Origin: an uncultured Acidobacteriota bacterium | Lineage (GTDB): Bacteria > Acidobacteriota > Terriglobia > Acidiferrales > UBA7541 | Length of the DNA stretch: 64,000 nt | NCBI GenBank assembly: GCA_963784015.1 | Contig: CAWAPX010000023.1 | Location: 190,229-254,228, forward strand | Direction of reading: 5' to 3' | In this document: positions 34,463 through 44,088 of the stretch, in pieces | Layout of the letters: every line of letters starts with the position of its first letter | How positions within the stretch are numbered: the stretch's first letter is position 1 | The notes under the pieces: generated by a model | What the model saw: the letters and a program-made list of their open reading frames with translations, nothing else | The model's database searches: none | What the model was told of the DNA's origin: nothing | Translations under genes and position numbers: made by a program

Positions 34463-35764
34463 TTAATCAACGACGGATGGCAGGCGCCCCGTCGCGGGAT
34501 GTTCGACAGGCAGCCGCGGTGCTAATCCAAAGCTCAATCTAGCGTGAGCTGAGCGGAGGGCTGCCTCCACTTCCTCCGCGCTCTTGCTCGACGCAAATAA
34601 AAACCCCAGGTAGCTCGATCCTTCGGGCCATGCGGCGATGTAGTCATGCAGGCGCGCGGTGATTTCGAGCGCGGTAATTCCCGGCGTGCTGCGGGCGGCT
34701 TCGTCTCCTTCGATTTTTTCGAGGATGCCGCTCTTGGGAACAGGAATCATCATCACGCCGCTAGCGGATTGCTCGCGAGGCCAATCGCTGCCGGGCAGGC
34801 GGAGGGCGTGGCGCAACAGCAATTCTTCGAGGCCAATGGTTTGGCTTCTTGCATCTGGCGCAAAACGCAGTGCCCGCGCGCACAGGCCGCCGATCGGACG
34901 CGGCGCAACTTCCAGCGGCCAAACGCCCTCGTCATTTATACGGAACTCTGTGTGGACCGGCCCCTGCGATAGTCCGAGCGCGCGAACCGCATCCACCGCG
35001 CAGCGTTCGATCTCGCGCTGCTGTGCTCCGTCGAGGCGCGAGGGTGTTACATAGATTGTTTCTTCGAAATACGGACCTTCGAGTGGATCCGGTTTGTCAA
35101 AAATCGCTAGGACGCGCAGCTCGCCATCGGTAAGCAATCCTTCCACTGCTACTTCCCTGCCGGGAATGTATCCTTCAACGAGAATCTGATCGAGATTGGG
35201 CTCGCGCGTCGCTCGGATTTCTGGTGATTCCAACAAACGACGGATTCGCGTGGCGGCGGCGATAAATTCTTCGCGCGAATTTGCACGAACGACGCCTTGG
35301 CTGGCCGAGAGTGAGAGTGGCTTTGCAACACAAGGATACGTAATGCCTAGTAGTGACGGTTCAGGTGTGGGAGTGAGCGAAATCGAGCGAAACCAAGGCA
35401 CATGCAAGCCAGCCTCGCGAAATACTTCGCGCATGCGGAGTTTGCTGCGGGAGGCTTCGATGGCAGCAGGATGGTTGTAAAGAATGCCCAAGCCGCGCGC
35501 GACATAGGCCGCTGAAACGGCAGGACGGTCGCCGAGCGCAAGAATTCCATCAACATTTTGGCCGCGCACCGATTGCAGAACCGCATAGGCTGCCGCGTCT
35601 GGCGTCTCGAAATGGACGGGGATAGCGCGATCGCCCCACGGATCATCTAGTTGGTGGCAGCGATCCGTGACAAAAACAAGGTCAACTCCGAGCTTGCGTG
35701 CCGCTTCGTCGAAGCTGCGTGTCTGATAGCCAAGTTTGGCGGTGAAGATGAGGAGTCGCGACAT
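34463..35764 (-). CDS. ATP-grasp domain-containing ligase (unknown substrate)
   Basis: ATG 35764 gives MSRLLIFTAKLGYQTRSFDEAARKLGVDLVFV... (433 aa). ATP-grasp segments are YPCVAKPLSLSASQGV, ILVEGYIPGREVAVEG and GPVHTEFRINDEGVWPLEVAPRPIGG. It lies 29 nt downstream of the radical SAM gene on the same strand. The track start 35989 would overlap that gene. Confidence 0.8.
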   Translation of the reverse strand: MSRLLIFTAKLGYQTRSFDEAARKLGVDLVFVTDRCHQLDDPWGDRAIPVHFETPDAAAYAVLQSVRGQNVDGILALGDRPAVSAAYVARGLGILYNHPAAIEASRSKLRMREVFREAGLHVPWFRSISLTPTPEPSLLGITYPCVAKPLSLSASQGVVRANSREEFIAAATRIRRLLESPEIRATREPNLDQILVEGYIPGREVAVEGLLTDGELRVLAIFDKPDPLEGPYFEETIYVTPSRLDGAQQREIERCAVDAVRALGLSQGPVHTEFRINDEGVWPLEVAPRPIGGLCARALRFAPDARSQTIGLEELLLRHALRLPGSDWPREQSASGVMMIPVPKSGILEKIEGDEAARSTPGITALEITARLHDYIAAWPEGSSYLGFLFASSKSAEEVEAALRSAHARLSFGLAPRLPVEHPATGRLPSVVD

Positions 35765-35793
35765 TTTTATTTTGCAGGGCCCCGGGCTTGTCT

Positions 35794-37314
35794 CTAGACG
35801 TAGCTGCCGGGGGCCGGTATTGGTTCTTCCATTTTCTTTGCGACTTGGCCGATGGACACAAACTGTTCTCGCGTGGGCTCGGCGCAGCAATACCACGGCT
35901 CGCTCAGAAAAGGGACAGCGGCTGCGGGCGCGTCCGATGATTGAGAAATTCGAACATCGAGTCCAGCGGCGGTGTGCGCCGCTTTCCAAATGCGCTCGAA
36001 GACTATCGAGCGAGACTCTTTTCGGCGATCACCTTCCGCCGCAATGGCTTGTACGGTTTCGCTGAGCACATCGACTCGAGGGTCGACATGCTTCCAGGGA
36101 TAAAAGAGCGATTCGGGATCAAATGGTCCGACGTTGCTCCTCACTTCGTCCAATTCCAAGAGACGCGAACCCTCGGGAATGAGCAAGCGAATGCCAAGCT
36201 GGATAGGCGCGACATTTTCCATCAAGGACTCAGCGCGGATTACCAGCAACAGATCAAGATAACTTTCCATCGTGGTCCATTGGGTGAACGGCACGAATGT
36301 CGGGTGAAGAATCATGCCGAGGGCGCGGAAAGCATGCACGACATGCAGAAAATCTTCGCGCGTATGGCCTTTGTCGAGAGCATTAAGCACGGCATCATCC
36401 AAATATTCCACGGCGCTAATGACAAAGAGGCAGCCGGTTTCCTTTAGCTTAGGCACGTACGCTTCGTATTTCTTCAGATGCTCGATTTTTATCGTGACGT
36501 CGTAGGTCACGTTGGGAAATTCGCGGTGGAATTCTTCGACGAGCTCCATCGCGTGACGAATGCCATTGAAGAAGTCTGGATCACCGAACGAAATGTGTTG
36601 CGCGCCAGCGACAACCTGCTGGCGGATGTCCTGCATCACGACGTCGCGGCTGACGATGCGAAACACTCCTTTGTAAACGGGGACTATGGGGCAGTGGCGG
36701 CAAAGATGTTTGCAGCCGCGGCTGGCTTCCGTTGAGCCGACGAGGCGGAATCCGCCGCCGGGAATAATAAGATGAGCGTATTTGCCGATGGGCGGCAAAT
36801 ACGAGCGGTCCGGAACCTGAAAGGCGAGACGTTCAAGCGAGATGAGGGGCTCTGGTTGTGGTGAAACTTCGGAGCGATCTTCGCTTTCCAAGCGAGCTTG
36901 CAGGCGCTCAGCGAGTTGCGTAAGTTCTTGCTCGAATTCGCCGCCAAGGATGGTTCCAACGCCAAGCGTTCGCAGATAATCCACGTTCATGGGCGCGTAA
37001 AGGCCATAACAACACAATTCAGCCAGTGGATTCAGTTCGCGCAAGGTGGGAATAAGTTTTGCAGCAAGACGTGTGGCCGTATGCATAGGCAAGTAAATCG
37101 CGATTAATTCGGCAGAGCGAATCGCGGATTCATCGAGCGATTGGCGGGAAAGATCCAGGCACACCACATCGTGCCCGCTTTTGCGGAGCCACGTTGCCGG
37201 CGACGCGAGTCCAAATGGCTGTCGCCCCAACTCGTACGTCGAAATCAGAACGATATTCACGTGTTCAACAGTATAGCTGGCCGTCCGCCGTAAAGAATCG
37301 TTTTCGGTTATCAT
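35794..37314 (-). CDS. B12-binding-domain radical SAM protein with C-terminal CCAEP motif
   Basis: The N-terminal Rossmann-like segment is VNIVLISTYELGRQPFGLASPATWLRKSGHDVVCLDL. The radical SAM CxxxCxxC (C-KHL-C-RH-C) is encoded at 36691-36714. The C-terminal ...SEPWYCCAEPTREQ is encoded at 35875-35889, and both Cys codons are TGC. I choose ATG 37314 because the track start 37383 would overlap the divergent acnA start. Confidence 0.85.
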   Translation of the reverse strand: MITENDSLRRTASYTVEHVNIVLISTYELGRQPFGLASPATWLRKSGHDVVCLDLSRQSLDESAIRSAELIAIYLPMHTATRLAAKLIPTLRELNPLAELCCYGLYAPMNVDYLRTLGVGTILGGEFEQELTQLAERLQARLESEDRSEVSPQPEPLISLERLAFQVPDRSYLPPIGKYAHLIIPGGGFRLVGSTEASRGCKHLCRHCPIVPVYKGVFRIVSRDVVMQDIRQQVVAGAQHISFGDPDFFNGIRHAMELVEEFHREFPNVTYDVTIKIEHLKKYEAYVPKLKETGCLFVISAVEYLDDAVLNALDKGHTREDFLHVVHAFRALGMILHPTFVPFTQWTTMESYLDLLLVIRAESLMENVAPIQLGIRLLIPEGSRLLELDEVRSNVGPFDPESLFYPWKHVDPRVDVLSETVQAIAAEGDRRKESRSIVFERIWKAAHTAAGLDVRISQSSDAPAAAVPFLSEPWYCCAEPTREQFVSIGQVAKKMEEPIPAPGSYV

Positions 37315-37349
37315 AAAGGGCTGATGAACTGACGGAAAGGACGGCGAGA

Positions 37350-40016
37350 ATGGCCATTGCCGCAGGGAATTCTTTCGGAACACGCGACAAACTGAACGTT
37401 GGCGCGCAATCGTTTGATATTCACCGGCTCGAGGTGCTTGAGAAAAAAATCTCCTGCAATTTATCGAAGCTGCCTTTTTCCCTCCGTATCCTTCTCGAAA
37501 ATCTTTTGCGCTGCGAGGACGGGCGCTTTGTCCGGCCGGACGATATCAAGTTCCTCGCCAACTGGGCGCCGGGAGCCGCGGAAAAAGAAATCGCTTTCAT
37601 GCCGGCGCGGGTGCTGCTTCAGGACTTTACGGGCGTGCCCGCGGTGGTGGATCTGGCTACGATGCGCGAAGCCATCAAACGCATGGGCGGCAATCCGCGG
37701 CTGATCAATCCTCTCTTCCCTGCTGAGTTGGTCATCGACCATTCTGTGCAAGTCGACAGCTTCGGCAGCGCAAACGCTTTTGGTTTGAACGCCGAACTGG
37801 AATTCCAGCGCAACATTGAGCGCTACGCTTTTCTGCGCTGGGGGGCGACCGCGTTTCAAAATTTCAAGGTAGTGCCGCCGGACACCGGCATCTGCCATCA
37901 AGTGAATCTCGAATATCTTGCGCGCGTGGTATGCGCGATGCCTTCGGGAAGCAGAGTTGAAGCTTACCCGGATTCCGTTGTGGGCACGGATTCACACACG
38001 ACGATGGTGAACGCTCTCGGCGTGTTTGGCTGGGGCGTGGGAGGAATCGAAGCAGAGGCCGCGATGCTTGGCCAGCCGTCTTCGATGCTCATCCCTGACG
38101 TCGTTGGTTTCCGCTTGCACGGAAAACTTAGCGAAGGCGCCACCGCGACGGATTTGGTTTTGACCGTAACGGAAATGCTGCGCAAGAAGGGTGTCGTCGG
38201 CAAATTTGTGGAGTTCTGCGGCACTGGCCTTTCGAGCTTGAGTGTGCCGGACCGCGCGACAATTGCGAACATGGCGCCGGAATATGGCGCGACGATGGGC
38301 TTCTTCCCTGTCGACGAAGAGACACTCGCGTATTTGCAATTCACGGCGCGCGGAGCTGAACAGATTGCGCTCGTCGAAGCGTATTGCAAAGAGCAAATGT
38401 TGTTCCGCACGGATGACATGGCGGATCCGATCTTCAGCGATAAGCTGGAGCTGGATTTGAGCACCGTGGAACCGACCGTCGCCGGACCGAAGCGCCCGCA
38501 GGATCGTGTATCGCTGCGCAACGCCAAGAGTTCCTTCACGAAAGTTGTGGAAGGAACGCCGGATAAACATGTGGCCGTGAAGAATAACGGCGACTCGTTT
38601 GATCTATCGAGCGGCGCAGTAGTGATTGCGGCGATCACGAGTTGCACAAACACTTCGAATCCTTCGCTCATGCTGGGCGCGGGTCTGCTCGCAAAGAAAG
38701 CGGTGGAGCGCGGCTTGCAGGCAAAACCGTGGGTCAAGACGAGTCTCGCGCCGGGTTCGAAAGTTGTGACGGATTATCTGGATGCTTCGGGATTGACGAA
38801 GTATCTCGACAAACTAAATTTTCATCTAGTCGGCTACGGATGCACGACATGCATCGGCAACAGTGGGCCGTTGCCCGAAGCGATTGGCGCGGCGATCAAG
38901 GACAACAATCTGGTGGCTGTAGCTGTGCTCAGCGGTAATCGAAATTTTGAAGGACGCATTCACCCGCTCGTGCGTGCAAACTATTTGGCTTCGCCGCCGC
39001 TCGTCGTGGCATACGCTCTTGCCGGGCGCATGGACTTGGATTTGACGACCGAATCGCTCGGCAATGATTCCGCAGGGAAGCCGGTTTATCTGCGTGACAT
39101 CTGGCCGACGCCGCAGGAAATTGAATCCACGGTACGCGCTTCCGTGACCAGCGAGATGTACGCGAAAGAATACGCCAACGTGTACGAGGGCGACGCACAT
39201 TGGAAATCCATGCCTGTTCCCGAAGGCGACTTGTACAAATGGGATGCGAAGTCCACGTACATTAAACAGCCCCCATTTTTTGAAAATATGCCGAAGACGC
39301 CGCCGGCCCTTGCGGATATTCATGCGGCGCGTGTCCTCGCCATTCTCGGCGACAGCGTAACTACCGATCACATTTCACCGGCGGGATCGATCCCAGTCGA
39401 TTCGCCCGCGGGAAAATATCTGATCGCGAACGGTGTGAAGCCGCACGAGTTCAATTCCTATGGAGCGCGGCGCGGCAATCACGAAGTAATGATGCGTGGA
39501 ACTTTTGCGAACATCCGCCTGCGTAATCAACTCGCTCCCGGAACCGAAGGATGCTGGACGCTCTACCTGCCGGGTAACGAGAAGATGACGATTTATGACG
39601 CCGCAGTGAAATATCGCGAAGGAGGAGTGGCGCTGGTCGTTCTGGCCGGTAAAGAGTACGGCTCGGGATCTTCGCGCGACTGGGCGGCCAAAGGGACTCG
39701 TTTGCTCGGCGTGCGCGCTGTGATTGCGGAAAGTTACGAGCGCATCCATCGAAGCAATTTGGTTGGCATGGGCGTGCTGCCGCTGGAATTTAAAGCTGGC
39801 GAAAATCGCGAAACACTTGGATTGACTGGACAAGAGATCTTTGAGATCGAAGGCGTCGCGTCGCTCTCGCCGAAGAAGGTCGTCAGCGTCCGCGCTCAGT
39901 CCGGCGACGGCTCAACAAAAGCGTTTACTGCGATCGCTCGCGTCGATACCCCAGAAGAAGTCTCCTACTACCATCACGGCGGCATCTTGCAGTACGTTCT
40001 GCGGCAGATGCTCTGA
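37350..40016 (+). CDS. acnA: Aconitate hydratase A
   Basis: 888 aa and colinear with AcnA/IRP-type aconitases. It carries VGTDSHTTM, the Fe-S ligand region [10 protein letters not shown]...[10 protein letters not shown], and the swivel domain with [10 protein letters not shown]. Confidence 0.95.
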   Translation: MAIAAGNSFGTRDKLNVGAQSFDIHRLEVLEKKISCNLSKLPFSLRILLENLLRCEDGRFVRPDDIKFLANWAPGAAEKEIAFMPARVLLQDFTGVPAVVDLATMREAIKRMGGNPRLINPLFPAELVIDHSVQVDSFGSANAFGLNAELEFQRNIERYAFLRWGATAFQNFKVVPPDTGICHQVNLEYLARVVCAMPSGSRVEAYPDSVVGTDSHTTMVNALGVFGWGVGGIEAEAAMLGQPSSMLIPDVVGFRLHGKLSEGATATDLVLTVTEMLRKKGVVGKFVEFCGTGLSSLSVPDRATIANMAPEYGATMGFFPVDEETLAYLQFTARGAEQIALVEAYCKEQMLFRTDDMADPIFSDKLELDLSTVEPTVAGPKRPQDRVSLRNAKSSFTKVVEGTPDKHVAVKNNGDSFDLSSGAVVIAAITSCTNTSNPSLMLGAGLLAKKAVERGLQAKPWVKTSLAPGSKVVTDYLDASGLTKYLDKLNFHLVGYGCTTCIGNSGPLPEAIGAAIKDNNLVAVAVLSGNRNFEGRIHPLVRANYLASPPLVVAYALAGRMDLDLTTESLGNDSAGKPVYLRDIWPTPQEIESTVRASVTSEMYAKEYANVYEGDAHWKSMPVPEGDLYKWDAKSTYIKQPPFFENMPKTPPALADIHAARVLAILGDSVTTDHISPAGSIPVDSPAGKYLIANGVKPHEFNSYGARRGNHEVMMRGTFANIRLRNQLAPGTEGCWTLYLPGNEKMTIYDAAVKYREGGVALVVLAGKEYGSGSSRDWAAKGTRLLGVRAVIAESYERIHRSNLVGMGVLPLEFKAGENRETLGLTGQEIFEIEGVASLSPKKVVSVRAQSGDGSTKAFTAIARVDTPEEVSYYHHGGILQYVLRQML

Positions 40017-40099
40017 GATTTTCCTCCTTTCTGACAAATTTTTTACGGACAGCAGCCGCACTATTGGAATTAGTCCAATTTAGAATTGTGCGAGTTGGT

Positions 40100-40125
40100 G
40101 AGAAAAGCGGCAGCAGAGCTGCCGC
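40100..40125 (-). terminator. Rho-independent terminator after the lgt-fusion gene
   Basis: Stem GCGGCAG/CTGCCGC with a 5-nt loop (40107-40125). On the minus strand it is followed by TTTTCTC. It lies 22 nt after the stop. Confidence 0.55.
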
Positions 40126-40146
40126 ACTCCACATCGCTTCGCCGGA

Positions 40147-41550
40147 TTAAGTACGTCCTTCGCGCTTTTGCGCTACCACTAAACCTCGCGGCGTAGGCAA
40201 TAGAAGAACGGACAGCAGGCCTTCTGCCTCTAGCTTGAGCGCGCCTTCTCGAACTGTTTTCATCAATGAACTTGCGTCGTGCATCAGGATGAGGCCGTGC
40301 GGATTCATTTGCGGAAGAAACTTGCGAACTTCCTGCTCGCGCAGCGGGGCGTCGCTATCGCAGAAGAGAAGATCGATGCGGCCTTCGACTTTCATGTCCA
40401 AGCTGGACTCGTTGCGAGCGTCAATCCATTCGCCGAGGCCGGAAGAATTGAAACGCTGCCGCGCTAGGGCGAAGACTTTCGCGTCGTACTCGCAAGTAAT
40501 GACGCGTCCGAAACCGTTGGCTTTCAGGCCTTCGGCGAGGCGCAGCGTACTGAGGCCGGAAAATGTGCCGGTCTCCACGATCAGCTCCGGCTTGATCGTC
40601 GTGACGACTGCTTTCAGAAAATCGAGGACTTCGACTTCGGCGCTCATCGAATCGTACATGTGCCAGCGCTCGGGATGCGGACACTCTGGTGTGGGGCGGT
40701 GATATTCGGGCTGAAGGACATCGCCGCTCGACGCGATGTGCTCTACGATGCGGTGCTCTTTTTTCTGGCGGTGGAATTGGCTTTTAATACGCCAAAGTAA
40801 CACCGCGCCAAGCAGGATCGAAAATACGCTTGCCGTTTGAGCATTGGACATGCCGAAAAACGAACGCGGATTGATTCGGATGAATTCAATGAGGAAGCGG
40901 GCGACGCCAGTGAGAATCAGGTAATTGCAGAAAATTTCACCTTTGGCTTTGGGACCCTTGAGGGATTTTGTGCCCATGTGCCAAAGAAACGCGGCAATCC
41001 CCAGCCAGATAAAAAACTCGTACAGCGGAGTGGGGTGCACGCGCTGCGTCGTGGGAACGAGCCCGTTCGGAAAACTCATGCCCCAGGGCAGCGAAGTCGG
41101 AATGCCGTAATCTCCATCGCCGGAGAGCAAGCAGCCGATTCGCCCTATGGCGTAGCCTACGCATGCGGCAGGCGCACAGATGTCCAGAAATTCGAGAACC
41201 GGAATCTTTACCCATCGCGCCAAAATTATCAGAGCGATGAAGCCGCCGAGAAATCCGCCGAACCAGGCGAAACCGTAGCGGCTGATGAGCTGCGGCCAGG
41301 GGTCCGCGAAAAACTCGTGCGGACTTTCGAGAACGTGGTAAAGCCGCGCGCCGACCAGACCTGCGAGTCCCGCGATTCCAATGATCAGGAATCCTTCGTC
41401 CTTTTCATTTCTGGCGGCAATGCTCTTGAGCTGCGATCTGCGGCGATTGAAATCGGCCTGCAAGACATAGGCAGCGGTGAGCATGCCGAGGGCAACCATC
41501 AACCCAAAAGTGGGAATGGCTAGAGGTCCTAGATGGAGGAAAGGGATCAT
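40147..41550 (-). CDS. Prolipoprotein diacylglyceryl transferase (Lgt) family domain fused to a class I SAM-dependent methyltransferase domain
   Basis: 467 aa. Residues 1 to ~270 are polytopic and Lgt-like (MIPFLHLGPLAIPTFGLMVALG..., GRIGCLLSGDGDYG, HPTPLYEF). Residues ~300 to 467 are a soluble O-methyltransferase-like fold (ELIVETGTFSGLSTLRLAEGL...RVITCEYD...IDLLFCDSD...GLILMHD). Confidence 0.8.
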   Translation of the reverse strand: MIPFLHLGPLAIPTFGLMVALGMLTAAYVLQADFNRRRSQLKSIAARNEKDEGFLIIGIAGLAGLVGARLYHVLESPHEFFADPWPQLISRYGFAWFGGFLGGFIALIILARWVKIPVLEFLDICAPAACVGYAIGRIGCLLSGDGDYGIPTSLPWGMSFPNGLVPTTQRVHPTPLYEFFIWLGIAAFLWHMGTKSLKGPKAKGEIFCNYLILTGVARFLIEFIRINPRSFFGMSNAQTASVFSILLGAVLLWRIKSQFHRQKKEHRIVEHIASSGDVLQPEYHRPTPECPHPERWHMYDSMSAEVEVLDFLKAVVTTIKPELIVETGTFSGLSTLRLAEGLKANGFGRVITCEYDAKVFALARQRFNSSGLGEWIDARNESSLDMKVEGRIDLLFCDSDAPLREQEVRKFLPQMNPHGLILMHDASSLMKTVREGALKLEAEGLLSVLLLPTPRGLVVAQKREGRT

Positions 41551-41650
41551 GTGTGAATGCGAGTCAGACTCCTTCGAGAGTATACATGACGCTGCGTCGA
41601 CGCTCGGGGTGCAGACGCACGGGCTGCGAGCCAGGAACGGACTGAAAGAT

Positions 41651-42994
41651 TCATTGGCTCAGCGCCGGAGTGGCCGGAGCGGCGCGTCGGTGAAGAATCG
41701 CGCCGAGGATCAGCCATATAGCCAGAGCGATCCATTCGGCGTGCGTGAAGTGACCCGGAAACGCCGGGAGCAGCTTCATCAGTAGTAGGAGAAGGGAGAC
41801 CAAAATGCCGAGAGTAGTGATGAAGCGTATGCGGGGGCGCGGGTCGACTAGCCAGAAAGAGAGGCAAGCGGCTAGCCAGCCTAGGGCGGAGGCCATGGAG
41901 CCGACTTCGGTGATGGGGACGAGGATGGAGTCGCCGAGGAGGAGGGCGATTAGGGTGCCTATGGTGATGGCGATTACGGCGGCGGACGGGGTGAGGAAGC
42001 GGTCGTGGATTTTGGCGAAGCGAGGGGAGATGGTGTGGCGGCGGGCATAGGCGAAGAGCAGGCGCGTGGATGCGGCGAAGTTGCCGTTGAAACATTGGAA
42101 GAGGCCGAAGAGAGACATGACGAGAATGAGTTGGACGGGCCAGTGTTTGCCGAGGCCGTGTTCGAAGGCGATTGCGGTGGCGAAGCGTTTGCCTAATAGG
42201 GATTGCCAAGGAGCGATATAGCCGACAGCGAGGATGCAGAGCGCGTAGAAGAATGCGCCGACTCCAAGAGCCAGACCGATGGCTTGCATGTAGCTCTTTG
42301 GGCGGAAGTCGGGATTGGATTCTTCGGCGTACTTGGGGACAGATTCGAAACCGGTGAGGAAATACGGAACGATTTGCAGCGTGAGAAGGATGGAGAGAAA
42401 GGGAGTGGCCTGGAAAACGGGATGGAGATTTGCAGGGGCGCCGCGGACGGCGCTGATCGCGACAAGGGCGACAAAAATAACGAGGACCATGGAGGACATG
42501 GTTTTCTGGAAGATGGCGCTGAGGCGGACGCCGCGGTAGTTGATGGTAGCGAGAAACAGAGTGAGAGCGATACCGAGGAGGAGGCGGGGGAGAAAGACTG
42601 GTTGGCCGGCGACGCGATAGAGAACGAAACGATCTAGCGAAGGAAAAATGTAGGCGGCGATTTTTCCGATGGCGACGGCTTCCCACGGGCAGACGATGAA
42701 GTAGGCGAGAAGCATCATCCAGCCGGTGAAATAGCTGACGATGGGCGGAAAAACTTGTGCGGTGTAGGCCGCCTCGCCTGCGGCGTCTGGGAGACGCTTA
42801 ACCCACTGGCCGTAAACGTAGCCGACGGGTAGAAGAATTACGCCGCCAATGGCAAAGCCGAGAGCAGCGCCTAGCGGACCGCCGCGGCCGAGCCAGTCGT
42901 CCATGAGGACGAGCCAGCCGGTGCCGATCATGGTGCCGAAGGCGAGCGCGAAATAATCGTGAAGACGAAGCTTGCGAGCTAGGGCGGCGGGCAT
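41651..42994 (-). CDS. APC family amino acid/polyamine permease
   Basis: 447 aa with about 12 helices. The N-terminal FALAFGTMIGTGWLV is an APC signature-like segment. It starts immediately after the agmatinase stop. Confidence 0.85.
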   Translation of the reverse strand: MPAALARKLRLHDYFALAFGTMIGTGWLVLMDDWLGRGGPLGAALGFAIGGVILLPVGYVYGQWVKRLPDAAGEAAYTAQVFPPIVSYFTGWMMLLAYFIVCPWEAVAIGKIAAYIFPSLDRFVLYRVAGQPVFLPRLLLGIALTLFLATINYRGVRLSAIFQKTMSSMVLVIFVALVAISAVRGAPANLHPVFQATPFLSILLTLQIVPYFLTGFESVPKYAEESNPDFRPKSYMQAIGLALGVGAFFYALCILAVGYIAPWQSLLGKRFATAIAFEHGLGKHWPVQLILVMSLFGLFQCFNGNFAASTRLLFAYARRHTISPRFAKIHDRFLTPSAAVIAITIGTLIALLLGDSILVPITEVGSMASALGWLAACLSFWLVDPRPRIRFITTLGILVSLLLLLMKLLPAFPGHFTHAEWIALAIWLILGAILHRRAAPATPALSQ

Positions 42995-43954
42995 TTAGAG
43001 GACGCAGAGCAATTCGTAGAGGAGATTGGCGGCCAGGAGCGAAGTGATTTCGCCGGTGTCGTAAGGCGGAGAGACTTCGACGAGGTCGCACCCGATGATG
43101 TCGAGGCCGCGGAGGGCACGGACGAGTTCGAGGATTTGGAAACTGTTAAAGCCGCCGACTTGCGGAGTTCCGGTGCCGGGGGCATAGGCTGGATCGACGC
43201 AATCGATATCGAGCGTGACGTAGACGGGTTTATTGCGAAAGGCGCGGAGGTGGCGCTGCACGGCGGGCAAACCTTTTTTGTGAAATTCTTCGGCGGTGAC
43301 CATTTTTACTTTATGAGCGCGTGCGAAATCGAAATCGTCTTCGCCATAGACTTGGCCGCGAAGACCTACCTGCAGGACGCCGCCATCGAGTAAGAGGCCT
43401 TCTTCGAAGGCGCGGCGGAATGGTGTGCCGTGAGAATACTTGCTGCCGAAATACTCATCCCACAAATCGTTGTGAGCGTCGAACTGGATGAGGGAGACGG
43501 GACCGTGTTTTTTTGCCACGGCGCGGAGAATCGGCAGGCTGATGGAATGATCGCCTCCCACGCAAACACAGCGCACACCAGCTTTGAGAAGAGGGGCAAT
43601 TCCCTGCTCGATGCGAAGAAAAGTGTCCTCGATGGAAAGCGGATTCACGGGAAGATCGCCAAAATCGGCAATGCGATGCTTCGCGAAGGGATTCACCTTT
43701 AGGACAGGATTCCAGGGTCGGATGATTGCGGATTGCACGCGGACATTGCGCGGGCCGAAACGCGGGCCGGGACGATAGGTGGTGCCGCCGTCAAAAGGAA
43801 CGCCGATAATCGCCACTTCCAACTCTTCAGGGTCCGAGATATGCGGCAAGCGCATGAACGTCGGAATACCCGTGAAACGAGCATAGCTAAGGGCGTCGAG
43901 CGACTGGGGATGAGGCAGGCGAAAGGCGCGTCGGGGTTTAGGCACGGCGGGCAT
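42995..43954 (-). CDS. speB: Agmatinase / ureohydrolase family protein
   Basis: 319 aa. The arginase-fold metal motifs are GGDHSISLP, FDAHNDL and TLDIDCVDPAYAPGTGTP. Substrate specificity (agmatine versus guanidino acids) cannot be decided from sequence. Confidence 0.8.
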   Translation of the reverse strand: MPAVPKPRRAFRLPHPQSLDALSYARFTGIPTFMRLPHISDPEELEVAIIGVPFDGGTTYRPGPRFGPRNVRVQSAIIRPWNPVLKVNPFAKHRIADFGDLPVNPLSIEDTFLRIEQGIAPLLKAGVRCVCVGGDHSISLPILRAVAKKHGPVSLIQFDAHNDLWDEYFGSKYSHGTPFRRAFEEGLLLDGGVLQVGLRGQVYGEDDFDFARAHKVKMVTAEEFHKKGLPAVQRHLRAFRNKPVYVTLDIDCVDPAYAPGTGTPQVGGFNSFQILELVRALRGLDIIGCDLVEVSPPYDTGEITSLLAANLLYELLCVL

Positions 43955-44065
43955 ATTAGTCTTCGGGCGGGAATAGAGTCAACGGAAGCGGGAGCTAACA
44001 GCTGACAGCCAGAAAGAAGAGTGTCTTAGTATTGTCGGCCACCGTTTGGCTGGATCAAGCCATGG

Positions 44066-44088
44066 TCCTTCGCTTCGCTCAGGATGAC
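44066..44088. repeat. Short intergenic motif, reverse copy of GTCATCCTGAGCGAAGCGAAGGA
   Basis: The plus strand reads TCCTTCGCTTCGCTCAGGATGAC, flanked by the inverted CCATGGT (44060-44066) and ACCATG (44091-44096). A closely related forward copy lies at 62668-62692. Confidence 0.5.

Noticed and set aside
35875-35889. Selenocysteine in the CCAEP tail of the radical SAM protein.
   Set aside because: Both Cys codons are TGC. There is no in-frame TGA, so this copy is the Cys variant.
41547-42686. A 379-aa ORF, extremely Arg/Pro/His-rich, on the same strand as the APC permease.
   Set aside because: It is an alternative frame of the well-supported APC permease gene (41651..42994). Its composition is a frame artefact of a C-rich coding strand. 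It has no start context and no domain.
9817-43954. Apparent heterogeneity in third-codon-position usage. Some genes (GH31, APC permease, speB, amidase, NCS1) strongly prefer C- and A-ending codons, while the TonB-dependent receptor is more mixed. This might hint at horizontal transfer.
   Set aside because: This is only a by-eye impression and I did not compute codon statistics. It could reflect expression level or amino-acid composition. It would need a codon adaptation and GC3-skew calculation before any claim.
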